Shown piece by piece: positions 57,660 through 64,000 of a stretch of DNA of 64,000 bases. Below the pieces are notes generated by a model. It saw only the letters and a list, made by a program, of their open reading frames with translations, was not told the DNA's origin and searched no databases. Numbering within the stretch: position 1 is the first letter of the stretch; the number at the start of each line of letters is the position of its first letter. Location of the stretch: assembly GCA_000146045.2 (NCBI GenBank), contig BK006939.2, positions 352,001 through 416,000 of the forward strand, written 5' to 3'. Made by a program: the position numbers and the translations under genes. Source of the stretch: TPA_inf: Saccharomyces (taxonomy: Eukaryota).

Positions 57660-58188
57660 CGGGGGAGGGGGCTTCTATCTCGACAATTAAAAGACATACG
57701 CTTAACCATTTTTAGGGTACTCGAGTATCGCATCTGCTAATTGATAAAAGGACTTTGTTGTGTTTTGAGGCTGTTTTCCATTTTCTTCGTTAGAGCTACA
57801 AGAGTCGACTTTTTCGTTAAACAAAAACGATTATAAGATAATAAGCGCTGTCAGTTTTTTCCACAGTTTTGGACTTGTTACTATAATTCGTGAAGCACAT
57901 TTTGCAAGTGAGTCAAAATTTCAGTTCAGTCCTTCTTTAGAAGAGTGAGTGCGTAGCAAATAAAACAGCAGGAAATAATTGCTTGTTTTTGTGTGTAAGT
58001 ACCTTTTAGTTGGAACTACCGAATATAGTGTTATTCGACTTTCACTTTCATAAGCCACAGCTTTTTCTTAGTGCGTTTTTAGTTCGATAAATTTACCAAA
58101 AACTATTTTCCCCTTTTCTTATTCCCTTTTCTTTGTTAGCTTGGGTATTATATTTAAAGTAACAGAAAGGAAAGAAAAAAGAAAAAAA

Positions 58189-60618
58189 ATGCCTTCATCC
58201 ATATCCGTCAAGTTAGTGGCTGCAGAGTCATTATATAAGAGGGACGTATTCCGTTCCCCGGATCCGTTTGCTGTTCTGACTATTGATGGTTACCAAACCA
58301 AATCTACATCCGCAGCGAAGAAAACGTTAAATCCCTACTGGAATGAGACTTTCAAATTCGACGATATCAATGAAAATTCTATTTTAACCATCCAAGTCTT
58401 TGATCAAAAGAAATTTAAAAAGAAGGATCAAGGGTTTCTTGGCGTGGTTAACGTCCGCGTGGGTGATGTTTTGGGCCATTTGGATGAAGATACTGCTACA
58501 TCGAGTGGTAGACCTCGCGAAGAAACTATTACTCGTGATTTAAAAAAATCTAATGACGGAATGGCCGTCAGCGGTAGGTTGATTGTTGTTTTATCAAAAC
58601 TACCTTCGTCAAGTCCGCATTCACAAGCTCCTTCTGGCCATACTGCATCTTCTAGTACGAATACAAGTTCAACTACTCGAACAAATGGTCATTCTACTTC
58701 CTCCACCCGTAATCATTCAACGTCTCATCCTTCCAGAGGCACCGCGCAAGCAGTAGAATCAACTCTTCAAAGCGGTACAACAGCTGCTACTAATACGGCA
58801 ACAACCAGTCACCGTTCCACCAATTCCACATCCAGTGCTACCAGACAATACTCTTCGTTTGAAGACCAGTATGGTCGTTTACCCCCTGGTTGGGAGAGAA
58901 GGACCGATAACTTTGGTCGTACATATTACGTCGATCATAACACAAGGACTACCACTTGGAAACGTCCAACGCTCGATCAAACAGAAGCCGAACGTGGCAA
59001 CCAATTAAATGCAAATACTGAGTTAGAGAGAAGGCAGCATAGGGGAAGAACTTTACCTGGTGGATCATCAGATAATTCCTCTGTAACAGTTCAAGTGGGA
59101 GGTGGTTCCAATATACCTCCTGTTAATGGTGCAGCAGCAGCAGCGTTTGCAGCTACAGGTGGTACCACATCTGGTTTAGGCGAATTACCTTCAGGCTGGG
59201 AGCAGCGATTTACTCCAGAAGGAAGAGCTTATTTCGTTGACCATAATACTAGAACAACCACTTGGGTGGATCCAAGGAGACAACAGTATATACGTACTTA
59301 TGGCCCTACAAATACCACCATTCAGCAACAACCGGTCTCCCAATTAGGTCCTTTGCCTTCTGGATGGGAAATGAGATTGACCAATACGGCACGTGTATAT
59401 TTCGTTGACCACAATACAAAAACAACGACCTGGGATGACCCAAGACTTCCATCATCGCTAGACCAAAATGTTCCACAATACAAGCGTGACTTCAGACGTA
59501 AGGTTATTTATTTCAGGTCCCAGCCCGCTCTTAGAATATTGCCGGGACAATGTCATATTAAAGTACGTAGAAAGAACATTTTTGAGGATGCTTATCAAGA
59601 AATTATGAGACAAACCCCAGAAGATTTAAAGAAAAGATTAATGATCAAGTTTGATGGTGAGGAAGGTTTAGATTACGGTGGTGTTTCCAGAGAATTTTTC
59701 TTTTTATTATCACATGAGATGTTTAATCCATTTTATTGTTTGTTTGAATATTCTGCGTATGACAACTATACCATTCAAATAAATCCTAACAGTGGCATCA
59801 ACCCCGAACATTTGAACTATTTCAAATTCATTGGTAGAGTTGTGGGTCTTGGTGTTTTCCATAGAAGATTTTTGGATGCATTCTTTGTAGGTGCACTTTA
59901 CAAAATGATGCTACGTAAAAAAGTCGTATTGCAAGATATGGAAGGTGTTGACGCAGAGGTGTATAACTCATTAAACTGGATGCTTGAGAATAGTATAGAT
60001 GGTGTCTTGGATCTGACGTTCAGTGCCGACGATGAAAGATTCGGTGAAGTTGTAACAGTGGATTTGAAGCCAGATGGGAGAAATATTGAAGTTACTGATG
60101 GTAATAAGAAAGAATATGTCGAATTATATACCCAATGGAGAATTGTTGATAGAGTTCAAGAACAATTTAAGGCATTCATGGATGGTTTTAACGAATTAAT
60201 CCCCGAAGACTTAGTAACTGTGTTTGATGAGCGTGAACTAGAACTATTGATCGGTGGTATTGCGGAAATTGACATTGAAGATTGGAAGAAACACACTGAT
60301 TATCGTGGTTACCAAGAGTCAGACGAGGTCATTCAATGGTTTTGGAAGTGTGTCAGTGAATGGGATAATGAACAAAGAGCCCGTTTATTGCAGTTCACCA
60401 CTGGTACTTCTCGTATACCTGTCAACGGGTTTAAAGATTTGCAAGGCTCTGATGGTCCAAGAAGATTCACTATTGAAAAAGCTGGTGAAGTACAACAATT
60501 GCCAAAATCTCACACATGTTTTAACAGAGTTGATTTGCCACAATACGTTGATTATGACAGCATGAAACAGAAGCTAACATTGGCCGTGGAAGAAACCATA
60601 GGGTTTGGTCAAGAATGA
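58189..60618 (+). CDS. RSP5: NEDD4-family HECT E3 ubiquitin ligase with C2 domain, three WW domains and HECT domain, 809 aa
   Basis: The track's 825 aa begins at an upstream TTG; the real ATG at 58189 ([19 protein letters not shown]…) gives 809 aa. Three WW motifs are present ([10 protein letters not shown]…TTTWKRP; [10 protein letters not shown]…TTTWVDP; [10 protein letters not shown]…TTTWDDP) and the HECT domain runs to the C-terminus. Confidence 0.93.
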   Translation: MPSSISVKLVAAESLYKRDVFRSPDPFAVLTIDGYQTKSTSAAKKTLNPYWNETFKFDDINENSILTIQVFDQKKFKKKDQGFLGVVNVRVGDVLGHLDEDTATSSGRPREETITRDLKKSNDGMAVSGRLIVVLSKLPSSSPHSQAPSGHTASSSTNTSSTTRTNGHSTSSTRNHSTSHPSRGTAQAVESTLQSGTTAATNTATTSHRSTNSTSSATRQYSSFEDQYGRLPPGWERRTDNFGRTYYVDHNTRTTTWKRPTLDQTEAERGNQLNANTELERRQHRGRTLPGGSSDNSSVTVQVGGGSNIPPVNGAAAAAFAATGGTTSGLGELPSGWEQRFTPEGRAYFVDHNTRTTTWVDPRRQQYIRTYGPTNTTIQQQPVSQLGPLPSGWEMRLTNTARVYFVDHNTKTTTWDDPRLPSSLDQNVPQYKRDFRRKVIYFRSQPALRILPGQCHIKVRRKNIFEDAYQEIMRQTPEDLKKRLMIKFDGEEGLDYGGVSREFFFLLSHEMFNPFYCLFEYSAYDNYTIQINPNSGINPEHLNYFKFIGRVVGLGVFHRRFLDAFFVGALYKMMLRKKVVLQDMEGVDAEVYNSLNWMLENSIDGVLDLTFSADDERFGEVVTVDLKPDGRNIEVTDGNKKEYVELYTQWRIVDRVQEQFKAFMDGFNELIPEDLVTVFDERELELLIGGIAEIDIEDWKKHTDYRGYQESDEVIQWFWKCVSEWDNEQRARLLQFTTGTSRIPVNGFKDLQGSDGPRRFTIEKAGEVQQLPKSHTCFNRVDLPQYVDYDSMKQKLTLAVEETIGFGQE

Positions 60619-61393
60619 TTATTCCGCACCAATTTTTTTTTTATTTATGGTGTCCGTTTTCCCAACATTCTTTCTGCCTCAATCATCTTGTTTTATATTT
60701 CAGCTAACAATAGTAAAGAGAAAACTCTTTTTTGTTAATTTTATCTGAGTTGCTCATGAAATGATTAATCATTGTTGTTTTTACAGCAACATGGAAAGCA
60801 GCAAAGAAAATGCAGGAAAACGTGAAGTGCTTTTTTTGATGATTACGCAAAGTTCTTTTCAAGTTCGCCATAAGAGGAGGTTTTCCTTTTCAAAAGGAGC
60901 ATGATACCAATAATTTATATTGCCTTACGCCTCTTATTTTTTATATCCTCTTTTTAGATTTTATTAATTTTTTTTTTTATTTATATACATATAATGTGCC
61001 CTGCTTTTTACAACCATACGTTTTTTGTTTTTTAATTTTCTTGCATTTTAAAACTGAATAGTGACCTGGGTATTATACTACAGTTGAAATTGCTCTCGTG
61101 AGGTACATACTTGAAACGAGCGTACTAGGCAATCCCTCTCTTGCCAGTCACCTACACACGGAGAGTATCGGTTATTTGTCGTGAGGAAAAAAGAACCGGA
61201 TAATAAATTCTTGATTTGTTATATTGTACAGAGAATGACGAGAAGTAAAAAGAGAAACCCGAACAGGACAGAGCGTACATTTTTTATATACCTGTTCTTT
61301 TGTGCTTGTAGACGTATATCGTATTATTAAATTAAAAGTAAACCTAATTTGAACCATCGAGATAAAAAAAAAAAAAACGGAGCACTTTTTTGC

Positions 61394-62179
61394 TCATACA
61401 AGCAAAACCGCATTGACACAGCCGTCTCTGTCTGGTTCGTTTGTGACCTGAGCATACTTACCCCAGACAACTTTACCACCAGCAGTAACCATCCCCAATT
61501 CCGAAACGTTAACTTCAATAATGGTACCTTTAGTCAAAACACCTAACTGAGTGTACATTGGAGATTGTGGATTCTTCTTAACTGCCAAAATTGGCAAGAA
61601 GACAGTTACACCTAATTCCGGATGAGTGACGTTTGCCTTTTTCTGTCTCAACGCACTTGGTCTGATGATTCTTTCCATTTTAACTGGTCTTCTAGTGAAA
61701 CCTTCACCCACAAAAGTGTGTTTCGTTATCATTCTCTTCCATGACTTGGATCTAGATTTACCTGTTTTAATAACTTTGAACATTTCTTCTTCACTTATAC
61801 CACGAACCTTTGGTAACGGAACTGAAAACTTATCAGCTTTTTCCAACCTCTTTTGTTTGATCGATGAAGAAATAGCTTTGGCTGTGTTATTTTGTTCTCT
61901 GTCCAATAGATATGTCGGCAAAGCATCACCATCGGTATCCAATGGTTTGGATGAACCCTTGACCTTAGATTGTTCATGTGCCTTAATCTTCTTTCTCATT
62001 GATACCTTTTCAGCATATCTCTTCTTAGCAAATTGCTTACCCTTCCAACCAGTCAACTTCTGGGCCCGTTCAGAAATCTTATGAGACTCTCTTGCCTCTC
62101 TCTTACGTTTCCTTTCTTCGTGATCTAATCTTTTACCATGCTGTTTGATGTGACGCTCGATATAATCGTTTTGAGGCAT
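61394..62179 (-). CDS. NSA2: 60S pre-ribosome biogenesis factor (TINP1/Nsa2 family), 261 aa
   Basis: A highly conserved sequence ([34 protein letters not shown]…) of the S8e-like fold; 261 aa matches YER126C. Confidence 0.9.
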   Translation of the reverse strand: MPQNDYIERHIKQHGKRLDHEERKRKREARESHKISERAQKLTGWKGKQFAKKRYAEKVSMRKKIKAHEQSKVKGSSKPLDTDGDALPTYLLDREQNNTAKAISSSIKQKRLEKADKFSVPLPKVRGISEEEMFKVIKTGKSRSKSWKRMITKHTFVGEGFTRRPVKMERIIRPSALRQKKANVTHPELGVTVFLPILAVKKNPQSPMYTQLGVLTKGTIIEVNVSELGMVTAGGKVVWGKYAQVTNEPDRDGCVNAVLLV

Positions 62180-62304
62180 TGTTTCGTTGTATATATCAGT
62201 ATTGATACGAGACTGACTACTGACTAAAGATAAAAACGCCAGATACGAAAACCAAGTTCTTCTCTAACTGATACCTAATCCATTCAATTGTCTTAAAAGT
62301 GCAT

Positions 62305-62412
62305 CTCATCGCTGTCCGGAAAATTTTTCATCGGATTGTTACTAGAACCGTTGCCGACGACATAAAATTTTTTACGCCTTTCCTGCAAGGTTGAAGAAAA
62401 GAAACCGATGAG
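62305..62412. promoter_or_regulatory. Ribosome-biogenesis (Ribi) promoter motifs in the divergent NSA2/LCP5 promoter: PAC CTCATCGC at 62305-62312, RRPE GAAAATTTTT at 62319-62328, a second RRPE AAAATTTTTT at 62364-62373, and PAC-like CCGATGAG at 62405-62412
   Basis: Motifs are read directly; the PAC + RRPE pairing with short spacing is characteristic of Ribi-regulon promoters. Confidence 0.7.
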
Positions 62413-62480
62413 CTATACCATTCTAAAGTGTCAAAAGAGATGAAGAAATTAAAATTGTCAACTAACACACAAATCCAAGA

Positions 62481-63554
62481 ATGTCTGAACTTAATGCATT
62501 ATTAAAAGATATCAACGGCTCGCTCACTGCGACATCAGAATCCTTGGAGAGGTTGTCTGGGATTTATAGTAATTCTGCGACCGATGAGATTCCTGAAAGT
62601 AACCAACTACATGAGCATCTATTTTACGACGCTAAGAAGCCTGCTGAGAAAGTATCGCTGCTATCCTTAAAAAATGGGAGCATGCTAGGGTACATAAATT
62701 CTCTATTGATGCTTATAGGCAATAGGCTAGACGACGAGTGCAAAGATCCTTCTGCTATGGATGCACGTGAACGCTCTATTCAACACCGTGTGGTATTAGA
62801 GCGTGGTGTTAAACCACTAGAAAAAAAGTTGGCTTACCAATTGGACAAGCTGACTAGAGCATATGTGAAAATGGAAAAGGAATATAAAGACGCTGAGAAG
62901 CGTGCACTGGAAAAATCTACCTTAGTGAATCATAGCGGCAACGACGATAGCGAAGATGATGAGTCTAGTGAGGATGAAATAGCATACAGGCCAAATACCT
63001 CTGGAATTATCAACACAAATAAAAAATCATCAGCATACAGGGTGGAGGAAACGGCTAAGCAAGAAAACGGGGAAGAAAACGATGACAATGAGACTGGCGT
63101 GTATAAACCACCAAAGATTACGGCTGTTCTACCACCGCAACAAACGCATTTTGAAGATAGATTCGATGCCAGAGAACACAAAGATCGTAGTAACAAATCG
63201 CGTATGCAAGCCATGGAAGAATATATTAGAGAGTCATCGGACCAACCGGACTGGAGTGCATCTATTGGTGCTGACATTGTGAACCATGGAAGAGGCGGTA
63301 TCAAATCTTTGAGAGACACAGAGAAGGAACGTAGAGTCACTTCATTCGAAGAAGATAATTTTACCAGATTGAATATTACAAATAAAGCTGAAAAAAGGAA
63401 GCAAAAGCAACGAGAAAGAAATGCAAGGATGAACGTTATCGGTGGTGAAGATTTTGGTATATTCAGCTCAAAGAGGAAGCTGGAAGATAGCACTTCGAGA
63501 CGTGGGGCCAAGAAGACTCGTTCTGCCTGGGATAGAGCTCAAAGGAGACTGTAG
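62481..63554 (+). CDS. LCP5: U3 snoRNP / SSU processome component, 357 aa
   Basis: ATG at 62481; charged coiled-coil-like protein whose length and position match YER127W. Confidence 0.85.
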   Translation: MSELNALLKDINGSLTATSESLERLSGIYSNSATDEIPESNQLHEHLFYDAKKPAEKVSLLSLKNGSMLGYINSLLMLIGNRLDDECKDPSAMDARERSIQHRVVLERGVKPLEKKLAYQLDKLTRAYVKMEKEYKDAEKRALEKSTLVNHSGNDDSEDDESSEDEIAYRPNTSGIINTNKKSSAYRVEETAKQENGEENDDNETGVYKPPKITAVLPPQQTHFEDRFDAREHKDRSNKSRMQAMEEYIRESSDQPDWSASIGADIVNHGRGGIKSLRDTEKERRVTSFEEDNFTRLNITNKAEKRKQKQRERNARMNVIGGEDFGIFSSKRKLEDSTSRRGAKKTRSAWDRAQRRL

Positions 63555-63858
63555 ATACAAAAAGTTTATTTTCTTATATCCTAAAGCGTTTATAGACTTA
63601 ATATTTAAAAGTTAAATATAAATGAAGGGCACTGGTATATAAGCTATTAAAAACAAGAATTTTGGCTTTCACGACATTAACGTGTGAGAGGTTTAGGCAC
63701 CATTGCCTTTATGATTATTAGTCCCTCCAGAATAAACTCTACCTTTTTTTTTCTTTTTTTTTTTTATAGTCCTAAGCAGAACATGACTAAATCGCCATAA
63801 ATTAACAATATAGTGGGAATAAGGCACACCAGAAGTGCCACGATATAGTATATATACA

Positions 63859-64000
63859 ATGATAAATGAGTACGTTGCCAGAAAGGTCGCTCTAAAGGAC
63901 ATGCAACCATGTGCGATCTGTAGCAAACCATCCACTACCGTCCTTTACAACGCATCTGGTCCAGATTGGCTATATACATGCGAAATACATTTACAAGATA
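63859..64000 (+). CDS. VFA1: 5' end (47 codons) of the next gene, running off the window edge; probably YER128W (Vps4-associated protein)
   Basis: ATG at 63859 opens MINEYVARKVALKDMQPCAICSKPSTTVLYNASGPDWLYTCEIHLQD with no stop before the window ends. The gene assignment comes from position only. Confidence 0.5.
   Translation, partial: MINEYVARKVALKDMQPCAICSKPSTTVLYNASGPDWLYTCEIHLQD

Noticed and set aside
1-64000. Looked for anything resembling a novel defence, toxin or mobile system (CRISPR-like direct repeats, operon-like same-strand clusters, foreign-composition islands, integrase or transposase ORFs).
   Set aside because: Every large ORF is a known chromosome V gene of the expected length. 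Eukaryotic architecture is evident (intron, Pol III tRNA, Ty LTRs). No periodic repeat arrays and no prokaryote-like cluster were found. Claiming novelty would not be supportable.

Overview
This window reads as nuclear DNA from Saccharomyces cerevisiae, chromosome V right arm, covering YER096W (SHC1, 3' part) through YER128W (VFA1, 5' start). Gene order, strand pattern and every protein length match that interval. An in-frame amber codon splits FLO8 into 141-aa and 619-aa ORFs (the flo8-1 allele), so the source is S288C-like.

The window holds 29 complete and 2 edge-truncated protein-coding genes plus the disrupted FLO8 locus. It also holds one intronless tRNA-Glu(UUC) sitting in a field of Ty LTR remnants (delta and sigma fragments), and one intron-containing ribosomal-protein gene (RPL23B). 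Promoter motifs recognisable by eye include an HSE and STREs at SSA4, MCBs at SWI4, PAC and RRPE at the NSA2/LCP5 promoter and PAC at KAP123, Ace2/Swi5 sites at DSE1, and an MSE at MAM1.

The supplied ORF track counts TTG and GTG as starts, which adds spurious N-terminal extensions to SHC1, PRS2, NUP157, MAM1, SPR6, AVT6, DSE1 and RSP5. I trimmed these to the first ATG, and the trimmed lengths reproduce the known protein sizes.

I found no sign of a novel or undescribed system. This is a densely annotated, ordinary euchromatic region with no CRISPR array, no operon-like cluster and no foreign island. The least-explained feature is a pair of related GC-rich blocks (about 55% GC) upstream of RPS8B and RPL23B that share a 13-mer, GGGGAGGGACAGT. 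Other minor points are perfect inverted repeats in the FLO8 upstream region, the whole-genome-duplication relationship of this block to chromosome II-left, and several N/Q-rich low-complexity coding tracts. All identifications rest on reading the sequence and on memory of yeast gene content; no searches were run.
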